Below are positions 37,252 to 46,142 of a stretch of 64,000 bases of DNA, piece after piece. Within the stretch, counting starts at the first letter, position 1, and each line of letters opens with the position of its first letter. Source of the DNA: Candidatus Proelusimicrobium volucris (lineage in GTDB: Bacteria; Elusimicrobiota; Elusimicrobia; Elusimicrobiales; Elusimicrobiaceae). The position numbers were made by a program, and so were the translations under genes. Location: the NCBI GenBank assembly GCA_944324665.1, contig CALUXD010000002.1:352694-416693 (forward strand), written 5' to 3'. The notes below the pieces were generated by a model that had not been told where the DNA came from, ran no database searches, and saw nothing but the letters and a program-made list of their open reading frames with translations.

Positions 37252-38148
37252 TCAGTTATCCGTATAGGGTATATTATTGCTTTGCAAAATTATTTTTACC
37301 GCATCGGGCAAAGGCGTAAAAGAATTAAATCCGACTTCATTTAACAGTTTGTAGTTATCGCCCAGATAAAGGCTTGGCTGGGTTGAGGGCTCGTCGGATA
37401 AGGAAAGCAGATCCTCTTTGTCCGCCGGTTTGAAAAACAACTTGGCGTAATCGGCCAAAGAAACCGCCTCCCCCGTACATATGTTAAGCGCGCCCTGCGC
37501 CTTGGAAAATAAGGCTTTTACAGTCGCCGCCGCGCAGTCGGGCGCAAAGACAAAATCCCTCTTAAGCCGGGAATGCCTTAAATTTAATACTGTTCCCCCC
37601 TTTAAGGAATTTATTATCTGCGCCGTCAAACGGGGAAGAACCTCGTCTTTGCCGAATATTTGGAAAGGCCTTATCCACAAAAATTCAATCCCGTTAGCCT
37701 TAGAGTAATCAAGCGCCTGCCGATAAAGGCGGGTTTTGCATTCCTCATAGGCGTTGGCGGCCTGCAAAGGAGAATCTTCCGCTAAAGGATTATCGGAGGC
37801 GGCGTATTCAAACATACTGCCGAAATATACCGCCCGTTTCCCCCCGTTGGCGTGGAAAGCTTTAAGCAAATTCATTCCAGCTTGCAGAAATTTAAAATTT
37901 AACGGGGAATCGGCATAATCGCCCGATACTTTCCAAGCCAGATTGATAAGATAATTCGGCTTTACCCCGCCGAGAATATTTTTGACGAAAGTTTCGTCAA
38001 ACAGGTCGCCTTGTATGTATTCTATGCCGGGCAGTTTGTTTTTGGGCGGCAGAATATCCAAAGCCCAAATTTTCGGTCCGCATGCCGAAAGACGGGGCAA
38101 TAGTTCCTTGCCCAGCAATCCGCTCGCGCCCGTCAGCAAAATATTCAT
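37252..38148 (-). CDS. NAD(P)-dependent sugar epimerase/reductase (extended SDR)
   Basis: LLTGASGLLGKEL Rossmann motif and YEECK catalytic pair. The stop/start overlaps the upstream ThDP enzyme gene. Confidence 0.8.
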   Translation of the reverse strand: MNILLTGASGLLGKELLPRLSACGPKIWALDILPPKNKLPGIEYIQGDLFDETFVKNILGGVKPNYLINLAWKVSGDYADSPLNFKFLQAGMNLLKAFHANGGKRAVYFGSMFEYAASDNPLAEDSPLQAANAYEECKTRLYRQALDYSKANGIEFLWIRPFQIFGKDEVLPRLTAQIINSLKGGTVLNLRHSRLKRDFVFAPDCAAATVKALFSKAQGALNICTGEAVSLADYAKLFFKPADKEDLLSLSDEPSTQPSLYLGDNYKLLNEVGFNSFTPLPDAVKIILQSNNIPYTDN

Positions 38149-39902
38149 TTGTAAATATTTTCCTCCATTTCTTCTTTGGGCAGGAACGGGAACATATCTT
38201 CCAAAGTAGGCGACACCATACTGCCGTCGGGCAGTTTTTTGGAGGATAGTTTAGGCGTAAAGATATAATCGTCCTTTAAAACTATCTCGCACAAAACGGG
38301 CCCTTTAAGGCTCAGCGCTTTCTCTATTTGCTTTTTTAAGTTCTTGGGCGAGCTTATTTGAGCGGTTCTCAGGCCGAACGCCTGCGCCAGTTTGATAAAA
38401 TCCGGCATTTTTACTCCGCTCTCTTGCCCGCAGGCGGTGTACCTTCCGAAGAAATTCCTCTGCGTCTGTTTTATGGATATGTAGCCGTCATTGTTAAACA
38501 GGAATATCTTTATCGGCAGATTATAGGTTTTTACCGTTTGCAGTTCCTGCAGGTTCATCATTATGCTGCCGTCGCCCTCAAGGCAGATTGTCTCTTCCTT
38601 CCCGGCCGCTATGCACGCGCCTATCGCGGCGGGCAGGCCGTAACCCATTGAGGCGTTGCCCGAGTTCAAAAACATTCTCTTCCCCTCTTTTGACGCCCCC
38701 GCCTGATATAAAGCCAAACACGCCGTCGCGTTTGAGGCTACCGTCGTAGTAAGCCCCGAGCATTGTGTTATCAGTCTGGCACATTCGTAGGGATTGAGTT
38801 TTTCTTTCAAATCTTTAAATTCGCTTAAGGGTGTGTATTTCTTTACACGCGCGCGGCACCAATTAAGCCATTTCTCGGCTTTTAAATCTTTGGCTTTGGA
38901 AAGCAACGCCTTTATAAAATCTTTTACATCGGCTTTGACGGCGATATCGGGCTTTACCGTTGGTTTTTTAAGTTCCGCCTCGTCAATATCCACGATAATT
39001 TTTACCGCTTTTTTAGCGAAGTTTTCCCAATTATAGCTGGCTTGGCGGATATTGTTCCTTGTGCCCAAGAACAAAACGCAGTCGGCGTTTTGCAGGGCGA
39101 AGTTCCCCGCTCTCTGCCCTACGGTTCCTATTCTCCCGGCAAACAGGGGATTATCTTCCGAGATTAAATCAAACCCGTTAAAGGTTGTTGCAATCGGGAT
39201 ATTGAGCTTCTGGGCGAGTTTTTTAAAATCGTTTTGCGCGCCCGCCAGCCTTATGCCGTGCCCCGCGACAATAAGCGGCGCTTTGGCTTTTTTTAAGGCT
39301 TTTATTATTTGTTCCGTCTTTAAATTGTATTTGGCTTTTGCCGGTATTTTAAAGCCCTTTAGTTTCTTCTCGTCTATCAAGGCGGCTTGAATGTTTATCG
39401 GTATATCAAGCCAAACGGGGCCGGGACGCCCGTTCTTAGCCAGATAGATGGCTTTTTCCAGGTGGAATTTTATATCCTCGGCTTTGGTTATCGATACGGC
39501 GTATTTGGTAAAAGGTTTTACGGCCGCTATAATATCGGCCTCCTGGTCGCCCAGCTGCCTAAGGGGTATATCGGGGCACGAGGCTTTGCAGGTGCTGAAT
39601 TTTACCTGCCCCGAAAAATATATCACCGGTACGCTGTCCGTCCACTGTCCGAAAAGGCCGTTTAGGCAGTTAAGCCCGCCCGGGCCCGTTGTTACGCATA
39701 CGGCGGCCAAATCCTGGTTGAGGCGGGCGTATCCCTCGGCTTCTATGGCGAGGGCCTGCTCATTGTGGGCGCAGTAATATTTCAGCTTGGAGTTGCCGAA
39801 AGAATCGTTTAAGTGCATCGCCCCACCGCCCGATATCATAAAGATGTCCTTTACTCCATGGGCGGATATATATTTGGCTATATAATCCGATACTTTTATC
39901 AT
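38145..39902 (-). CDS. Thiamine-diphosphate-dependent enzyme, acetolactate-synthase-large-subunit-like (YerE-like candidate)
   Basis: Three-domain ALS-like length (585 aa). N-terminal HNEQALAIEAEGYAR (catalytic Glu) and the ThDP motif GDGSIMMNLQEL...NNDGY. Confidence 0.85.
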   Translation of the reverse strand: MIKVSDYIAKYISAHGVKDIFMISGGGAMHLNDSFGNSKLKYYCAHNEQALAIEAEGYARLNQDLAAVCVTTGPGGLNCLNGLFGQWTDSVPVIYFSGQVKFSTCKASCPDIPLRQLGDQEADIIAAVKPFTKYAVSITKAEDIKFHLEKAIYLAKNGRPGPVWLDIPINIQAALIDEKKLKGFKIPAKAKYNLKTEQIIKALKKAKAPLIVAGHGIRLAGAQNDFKKLAQKLNIPIATTFNGFDLISEDNPLFAGRIGTVGQRAGNFALQNADCVLFLGTRNNIRQASYNWENFAKKAVKIIVDIDEAELKKPTVKPDIAVKADVKDFIKALLSKAKDLKAEKWLNWCRARVKKYTPLSEFKDLKEKLNPYECARLITQCSGLTTTVASNATACLALYQAGASKEGKRMFLNSGNASMGYGLPAAIGACIAAGKEETICLEGDGSIMMNLQELQTVKTYNLPIKIFLFNNDGYISIKQTQRNFFGRYTACGQESGVKMPDFIKLAQAFGLRTAQISSPKNLKKQIEKALSLKGPVLCEIVLKDDYIFTPKLSSKKLPDGSMVSPTLEDMFPFLPKEEMEENIYK

Positions 39903-39907
39903 TTAAA

Positions 39908-40729
39908 TCAATATCCGGTTTCGCCGCCGGCTTCCTCAATCAATTTTTTGTAACGGGCTTCCAGCATATCAATCCTTTTTGCGTCCTCTTTATGTATACA
40001 GCCGTAGAAATCGCGCTTGTTTTTAAGCCACATAAGTTCAAAGCCGACGGCTTTCAAAATGCCTTGAGGCGCTTTTTCGTCGGCCAGAGAGGCTTGCGCG
40101 CCAAAGATTATTTTCCTTGTTTCAAAGCGGTCAAGGGTATTAGGCGGAAGGTTTTTAAAAAACGGCAGAGAATGGGCCGATACACCGCCGCCGATACAAC
40201 ATTCAAGGCCGCGCGCTTTGCATTTGGTCAAAATGTCTTTGGCTATTTCAAAAATTCTGTCGGAGTTGATGTCTTCCCTAGTCAAGCCGAGCGATCCGCA
40301 CATATCAACCCTGCCCAAAACTATGCCATGTATGCCTTTTATGGCTTCGCAGTCGAGCATGGCCTGAAGGTTTTTATGGCCGGTTTCAGTTTCTATATTG
40401 ACCAGAAATTTAACGTCGTCGCCGTATTCCTTGGGGAAGGCCAGCTTCGCGGAATTGACGAATTTGCTTAAAGCGTAAGGCGTTTCTATCATCGGGCCGA
40501 CTATCCTTGATACCCCTATGATTTTAGCGTCGTACATATCTTTAAGGGCTTCGCAGCCGCCTACTTTTATCGTAAGCTCCAACCCCGCCGTAGTTACCAC
40601 TTCTTTCAGGCGCATGGCTTCTTCCAGGCGGGTGCCTTCGGCTTCAAATTCCGCCTTTACGCCTTCAACATGATGATTATGTTTTAAATCCGTCAGGATG
40701 TCAACCATCTTTTTTTCAAGATAATTCAT
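39908..40729 (-). CDS. HpcH/HpaI aldolase / citrate-lyase-beta-like TIM-barrel protein
   Basis: LVNIETETGHKNL ... GIVLGRVDMCGSLGL resembles the IET / G-x-x-D-L-s-x-S-x-G pattern of that family. The assignment is tentative. Confidence 0.55.
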   Translation of the reverse strand: MNYLEKKMVDILTDLKHNHHVEGVKAEFEAEGTRLEEAMRLKEVVTTAGLELTIKVGGCEALKDMYDAKIIGVSRIVGPMIETPYALSKFVNSAKLAFPKEYGDDVKFLVNIETETGHKNLQAMLDCEAIKGIHGIVLGRVDMCGSLGLTREDINSDRIFEIAKDILTKCKARGLECCIGGGVSAHSLPFFKNLPPNTLDRFETRKIIFGAQASLADEKAPQGILKAVGFELMWLKNKRDFYGCIHKEDAKRIDMLEARYKKLIEEAGGETGY

Positions 40730-40730
40730 T

Positions 40731-42092
40731 TTATTTCTCCTGTTTTGTCTTTCCGGTTACAAATTGTTTAATCGCGGCTATTGTTTTGTCTATATCGTCC
40801 GCTCCGAGCCCGGGCCATACGCCCACCCAAAAACTGCCGCGCATAACTTCTTCGGTATTGGGGAGCAGGGCGTATTCTTTATCCGTCAAATCGCGCGAGT
40901 TCAACACTATGGAATTTTTAATTCTCAAAGGGATATCGTCGTCGGTGAAGGCGGGCTGCCTCAAGATATTGCCGGCGAACACCTGCCTTGTGCCTATGCC
41001 TTGGCTTTCAAGGTATTTGCAGAGTTCTATTTTGTCAAAGCCCGCGTCTTTGCGTACGGTCAGGATAAAGCCGAACCAGCTCGGCTCGGCCTGCGCCTGC
41101 CAGGCGGGCAGAATAAAGTATTTGTCAAAGGGTTTAAGCGCCATAAAAAGGCGGGTAAAATTTTCCTTGCGCTTGGCGATGAAGCCGTCAAGTTTTTTAA
41201 GCTGGGCCAAAGCGCAGGCGGCCTGCCAGTCGGTTATTTTAAGGTTATAGCCCAAGTGGGAATAGGTATATTTATGGTCATAGCCGAAGGGCAGTTTGCC
41301 AAGCTGCATATTAAAGCGGTTTTTGCATGTATTGTCTTTGCCAGGCGGGCACCAGCAGTCGCGGCCCCAATCCCTAAAGGACATCAAAATCCTGTACAAA
41401 ACGGGGTCATCGGTGACGACGGCGCCGCCCTCGCCCATCGTTATATGGTGGGCGGGATAGAAGCTGAAGGTGCCTATATGCCCGAAAGTACCCGTATGTT
41501 TGCCGCCGAATTTGGCGCCCAAGGCGTCGCAGTTGTCCTCAATGAGCCAAAGGCCTTTGTCTTGGCAGATTTGTTTTATCTTTTCCAGATTGAAAGGATT
41601 GCCCAAAGTATGCGCGACGAAAACCGCCTTGGTTTTTGGTGAAAGAGCTTGCTCGATTTCGCTTTCCAAAATATTGTGGGTGTTTATATCCACGTCAACA
41701 AACACGGGTATAAGCCCGTTTTGTATTATCGGCGCTACGGTAGTCGGGAAACCCGCCGCCACGGTGATAACCTCGTCGCCCCTTTTAAGGCGTCTGTCGC
41801 CCAGTTTGTGGGAAGTGAGCGCGCTCAAAGCCAGCAGATTGGCGCTTGAGCCCGAATTTACGCTTAAAGCGTATTTTGAACCCAAATAAGCCGCAAATTG
41901 CTTTTCAAATTGTTCATTAAAACGCCCCGTCGTCAGCCACATATCCAAAGTGGCGTCGAGCATATTGTCCAGCTCTTCCGTGCCTAGCACCTTACCCGAT
42001 GCGGGGATATAAGTCCTTTGCTGTTTTTTTTGCTGGGCTCTGTAATATTTGCGCCCTAAAGTTTTAATCAATTTCCTTGTTAAGTTTTCCAT
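40731..42092 (-). CDS. rfbH: CDP-6-deoxy-L-threo-D-glycero-4-hexulose 3-dehydrase (E1; RfbH/DdhC)
   Basis: DegT-fold protein with His where the Schiff-base Lys would be (FYPAHHITMGEGG). By my count it has an exact C-X57-C-X1-C-X7-C cysteine pattern (DNC...DCWCPPGKDNTC). Start taken at MENLTRK (the ATG at 42092). Confidence 0.85.
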   Translation of the reverse strand: MENLTRKLIKTLGRKYYRAQQKKQQRTYIPASGKVLGTEELDNMLDATLDMWLTTGRFNEQFEKQFAAYLGSKYALSVNSGSSANLLALSALTSHKLGDRRLKRGDEVITVAAGFPTTVAPIIQNGLIPVFVDVDINTHNILESEIEQALSPKTKAVFVAHTLGNPFNLEKIKQICQDKGLWLIEDNCDALGAKFGGKHTGTFGHIGTFSFYPAHHITMGEGGAVVTDDPVLYRILMSFRDWGRDCWCPPGKDNTCKNRFNMQLGKLPFGYDHKYTYSHLGYNLKITDWQAACALAQLKKLDGFIAKRKENFTRLFMALKPFDKYFILPAWQAQAEPSWFGFILTVRKDAGFDKIELCKYLESQGIGTRQVFAGNILRQPAFTDDDIPLRIKNSIVLNSRDLTDKEYALLPNTEEVMRGSFWVGVWPGLGADDIDKTIAAIKQFVTGKTKQEK

Positions 42093-43158
42093 AATTCTCT
42101 CTATATTCAGATATCTGTTTAAGCGTGAAGGCTTTGATGTCCGCGCCTTCGTAGAAATTTTTGTACCACAGCGCCGTTTCCTTAACGGCTTTGTCAAAGT
42201 CGTAAACGGGGCGCCAGTTAAGAAGTTTAAAAGCCTTCTCTATATCAAGGTGAAGGAGTTTCGCCTCGTGCAGTTTGGCGCAGGGCTCAACTCTGTAAGA
42301 GCCGCCCCCCCACGTCTTTAAAAACAGTTTTACCAAATCCTCAACGGTGCGGACGTCGCTTGGGTTTGGGCCGAAGTTCCAGCCCTGCGCCAGAGAAGGA
42401 TTATCCCACATCTTTTTGCCCAAGAGCATATAGCCAAAAAGCGGCTCCAGCACATGCTGCCACGGCCTTGTGGCAAGCGGGTTTCTCAGCACTATTTGCT
42501 CGCCTTTGCTTAAGGCGCGGGCGCAGTCAGGTACGATTCTATCCAAGGCGTAATCTCCGCCGCCTATTACATTACCGGCCCTGCAGCTTGCCAAGGCAGT
42601 ATTGTGGCTTTTGCCGTACTCTTTAATATTGAAAAACGAATTTCTGTAACAGGAGGTAAGCAGTTCCGCCATGCCTTTTGACGCGCTGTAAGGGTCATAG
42701 CCGCCCATGGGCGAAGTTTCTTTATAAGGAATATCCGTTTCCTTATTTTCGTAGCATTTGTCGCTTGTTATGTTTATCAGAACTTTTACGCTGGGCGTTT
42801 GGCGTACGGCCTCAAAAAGATTCGCCGTGCCGATAACATTGGTTTGTATCGTTTCCACCGGCTCTTTGTAGGAAAGCCTTACCAGAGGCTGCGCCGCCAA
42901 GTGGAATACTATATCTGGCTTAAAAGAAAGTACTTCTTTTTTAAGTTTATCGGCGTCCAAAATATTGCCTATTACGCTTTGCGTCGCTTTTTCAAGCCCG
43001 AGCAGTTCGTATAAAGAAGGATTGGTATTGGGCGCCAAAGCGTAGCCTTTAACTTCCGCGCCCATATCTGTAAGCACGGCGCTGAGCCAAGAGCCTTTAA
43101 AGCCAGTATGCCCCGTCAGAAATATCTTTTTGCCTTTATAAAATTGTTCCAATGTCAT
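42064..43158 (-). CDS. rfbG: CDP-glucose 4,6-dehydratase
   Basis: FLTGHTGFKGSWLS N-terminus, the Y-x-x-x-K pair YSASK, and ~360 aa. It sits between rfbF and rfbH. Confidence 0.9.
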   Translation of the reverse strand: MTLEQFYKGKKIFLTGHTGFKGSWLSAVLTDMGAEVKGYALAPNTNPSLYELLGLEKATQSVIGNILDADKLKKEVLSFKPDIVFHLAAQPLVRLSYKEPVETIQTNVIGTANLFEAVRQTPSVKVLINITSDKCYENKETDIPYKETSPMGGYDPYSASKGMAELLTSCYRNSFFNIKEYGKSHNTALASCRAGNVIGGGDYALDRIVPDCARALSKGEQIVLRNPLATRPWQHVLEPLFGYMLLGKKMWDNPSLAQGWNFGPNPSDVRTVEDLVKLFLKTWGGGSYRVEPCAKLHEAKLLHLDIEKAFKLLNWRPVYDFDKAVKETALWYKNFYEGADIKAFTLKQISEYRENYGKLNKEID

Positions 43159-43173
43159 ATAATTTTTCGGCCT

Positions 43174-43950
43174 TTACCATTTTTTCCAAGGGGCTTTGCC
43201 CTCCGCCCATAATTGCTCAAGCTGGTTTTTGTCGCGCAGAGCGTCCATCGGCTTCCAAAAGCCTTCGTGCTTATAGGCGGCTATTTGGCCGTCGGCGGAC
43301 AATTCCTCCATAGGCTCCTTTTCCCATACGCAGGCGTCGTCGCCTTCCTTTATGTATTTAAGAACTTCCGGCTCCAATACGAAAAAACCCGCATTTATCC
43401 AGCCGCCGTCGCCTTTTGGCTTTTCCTTAAAGGACTTGATTATGCCGTTCATATCTATATCCATCGCGCCAAAACGCCCCTCGGGCTGTACGGTAGTAAC
43501 GGTGGCCAGTTTGCCCGTCTTTTTGTGGAAGGCTATTAAATCTTTGATATTTACGTCGCTTACCCCGTCGCCGTAGGTTAAAAGGAAAGTTTCGTCCCCG
43601 ATATATTTTTCCGCCTGTTTTATGCGTCCGCCGGTCATAGTGTTTAGTCCGGTGTCCAAAATGGTAACTTTCCACGGCTCGGCTTTATGGTTCAGGGTTT
43701 GTATGGTATTTGCCGCCAAATCTATTTGCAAATCGGAATTGTGCAGAAAATAATCGGCGAAATATTCCTTTATTATATATCCTTTATAGCCCGCCAATAT
43801 TATAAATTCGTTTATACCGTAATGGGAGTATATCTTCATTATGTGCCACAGTATCGGCTTGCCGCCTATTTCTATCATCGGTTTAGGGCGAAGGTGGGAT
43901 TCTTCCGCTATACGCGTACCCATCCCGCCCGCCAATATAACAGCTTTCAT
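43174..43950 (-). CDS. rfbF: Glucose-1-phosphate cytidylyltransferase
   Basis: MKAVILAGGMGTRI...RPKPMIEIGGKPILWHIM. GGAGG lies 7 nt upstream of the ATG at 43950. Confidence 0.9.
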   Translation of the reverse strand: MKAVILAGGMGTRIAEESHLRPKPMIEIGGKPILWHIMKIYSHYGINEFIILAGYKGYIIKEYFADYFLHNSDLQIDLAANTIQTLNHKAEPWKVTILDTGLNTMTGGRIKQAEKYIGDETFLLTYGDGVSDVNIKDLIAFHKKTGKLATVTTVQPEGRFGAMDIDMNGIIKSFKEKPKGDGGWINAGFFVLEPEVLKYIKEGDDACVWEKEPMEELSADGQIAAYKHEGFWKPMDALRDKNQLEQLWAEGKAPWKKW

Positions 43951-44153
43951 AAAATATGCCTCCAAATGGTTTTATATATTATACATAATTAAGTTGTGGC
44001 GAAATATATAAGTAAAAAGGATTATCAGAAAGGTTATCTTATCTTTATTTGCGATATTCTTTCTATGACGGAACTATCCAAACAGTTTGCCTTGGCTTTC
44101 AATTTTAATGCTACAATACAAAATAAGTATATGTACAGATGAGGTTTTGTTTT

Positions 44154-45428
44154 ATGGGGAGATTGCTTCGCGCCGTTTTGTTGGCGTGTTTTTTAACTTT
44201 CGGTTTTGTTGTTTCAGCTTTTTCGGGAACCGATAAAAATCAAACGGGGAAAGAGAGCGTTTTTTATGAACAGGTACTCTTGGAGGAAGCCATCTCTGCG
44301 CAAAAGGTTTCAGCCAGGCATGAGAGGCGGATTTCTCAGAATAAATCTTTTAGCGAGTACGGTGATTTCCTTTCCTTTTATTCCGAAGCCAAAAAAATGG
44401 CGGAAGACAAATTGGGGCTGCAATTCGGCATTGACGTTTCTTTTATGGCTCAGCGTGCCGCGCCGAACGGAAAGAACACCGCAATACAAGCTATTTATTA
44501 CCCCTATGCCACGTGGAATTTATTTAAGAGCGAGCGCTGGGGTTCCGGCCAAATAGATTTTAACTACACTCTTACGCGTTATTGGGGCGGAGAAGCTGCG
44601 GCTTTAAACAATAGGGTTAATGTAGTTGCCGGTATAAACGACGGCTTATCGGACGGAGATACTTTTTCCCAAGCTACCTATACACACACCATGCCCGGCA
44701 AATTAAGCTGGCTTAGTTTGACGGTGGGGCAATATCCTCTATACAATTTTGACGGGACGACTTATGATTCAAACCCTCAAACGGCGCTTATAAACTATGC
44801 TCTTGCGCAGAACGCTAGCGCGAGTTACCCTGCGGCTAGTTTGGGCGCTTACCTGCAAGCCGCTTTAAACGAGAAAATAACCTTAAGCGCAGGCTATCAG
44901 GACGCCACAAATATCAGCGGCAGTCAAATAAGGTTTAAGGACGCCTTTCCCGGCGAATATACGGCGTTCGCTTCTTTAAGTTATGCGGACAATTCCGCCC
45001 AATATTCGGCGATGGCGTATTATCAGCCGTCGGTGGAAGATCAGGAGGGTTACAGCTGGGGCTGGTCTTTAAACGCGGAGCGAGACCTCGGCAAAAAATG
45101 GAATATATTTGGGCGCGCAAACGGCTCCAGCGATAATATAACTTCTATAAAACAATCCTATGTTTTGGGGATTTCTTTCCTGAATCCGCTTGAAAGAAAT
45201 CCGTTGGACGTCATTACCATAGCCGCGGCTTATAACCGCTTGAGCGAAGATGCATTGCTCCTGCCTTATGTCCGCTCGGCCGAAACGGTTATAGAAGCAC
45301 AATGGGTTTGGGGAATAAGCAAATATTTTACTCTTACGCCCGATATACAGCTTTATCCGCGCGCGGGTTTAAGTTCTGAGCAAGAGTGGGTTAGCGTAGC
45401 CTCGCTTAGGACAACTTTTATGTTCTAA
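44154..45428 (+). CDS. Outer-membrane beta-barrel porin, possibly OprB-type carbohydrate porin
   Basis: Signal peptide, alternating beta-strand pattern, and a C-terminal aromatic residue (...TTFMF). GAGG SD before the ATG at 44154 and TGCTACAAT at 44109-44117. Confidence 0.55.
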   Translation: MGRLLRAVLLACFLTFGFVVSAFSGTDKNQTGKESVFYEQVLLEEAISAQKVSARHERRISQNKSFSEYGDFLSFYSEAKKMAEDKLGLQFGIDVSFMAQRAAPNGKNTAIQAIYYPYATWNLFKSERWGSGQIDFNYTLTRYWGGEAAALNNRVNVVAGINDGLSDGDTFSQATYTHTMPGKLSWLSLTVGQYPLYNFDGTTYDSNPQTALINYALAQNASASYPAASLGAYLQAALNEKITLSAGYQDATNISGSQIRFKDAFPGEYTAFASLSYADNSAQYSAMAYYQPSVEDQEGYSWGWSLNAERDLGKKWNIFGRANGSSDNITSIKQSYVLGISFLNPLERNPLDVITIAAAYNRLSEDALLLPYVRSAETVIEAQWVWGISKYFTLTPDIQLYPRAGLSSEQEWVSVASLRTTFMF

Positions 45429-45534
45429 GTCCATATTGAGTTTATATTGTAAAAATTGGGCTAATAAACGCATTTCCGCATCAAAAAAACCCGCGCCTTA
45501 ATCGCGCGTTTTTTTATTTGTTATTAACAAAATT

Positions 45535-45996
45535 TTATTTGCAAACATCTACCCAAATGCCGCGGGTGATATTCTGCAGTTCTTCTATCGTAAGTTTTAC
45601 CGCATTATTGGCCGCGCCAGCCGCGGGATAGGTATAAGGGTATTTCTTTAAAGATTCGTCCAAGTAAATCTTTACCCCCTCTTTAAGACCGAAGGGGCAT
45701 ACTCCGCCTATCGGGTGGCCGGTAAGGTTGGGGACTTCCTCACCTTTTAAAAAGGAGGCTTTCTCCTTAAAATATTCCTTAAATTTTTTATTGTCAATGC
45801 GTGCCGTACCCATAACCACTATGACTATCGGGCCGCTTTTTGTGTTGAAGGAAAGTGTTTTGGCTATAAGCCCCTCTTCGCAGCCTATGGCTTGGGCGGC
45901 CAAAGCCACCGTCGCGGTGGAGGCGGGCAATTCAATATATCTGTCTTCAAGATGATGTTCTTTAAGCTGTTGTTTTACTCTTTCTATATTTTCCAT
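45535..45996 (-). CDS. YbaK/EbsC-type aminoacyl-tRNA editing (deacylase) domain protein
   Basis: ~150 aa with the KTL.F....P..VVV pattern and a GGVCPFG motif typical of the YbaK/ProX family. Confidence 0.8.
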   Translation of the reverse strand: MENIERVKQQLKEHHLEDRYIELPASTATVALAAQAIGCEEGLIAKTLSFNTKSGPIVIVVMGTARIDNKKFKEYFKEKASFLKGEEVPNLTGHPIGGVCPFGLKEGVKIYLDESLKKYPYTYPAAGAANNAVKLTIEELQNITRGIWVDVCK

Positions 45997-46096
45997 AAAT
46001 ATATCATATCAATTTAAAAAAGCCTTGAAAGGGCCCGTTTTTTCTTTGTTTAAAGCGCTTTTTCCGGCTCTTTGTACGGTGTTGAACCCGAGCTTT

Positions 46097-46130
46097 AAAA
46101 AGCCCCGTTTCTCAAAGAGGAACGGGACTG
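46097..46130 (-). terminator. Rho-independent terminator of giant gene 3
   Basis: Minus strand reads cccgttcctc-ttt-gagaaacggg (one mismatch), followed by GCTTTTT. Confidence 0.7.
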
Positions 46131-46142
46131 TTAATTTACATT

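Noticed and set aside
40764-41642. 292-aa plus-strand ORF, plus the 154-aa and 139-aa ORFs nearby
   Set aside because: It is antisense to rfbH, whose frame carries exact E1 motifs. The product is Ala/Gly/Arg/Phe-rich with no recognisable motif, which is typical of a shadow ORF in the GC-richer part of the locus.
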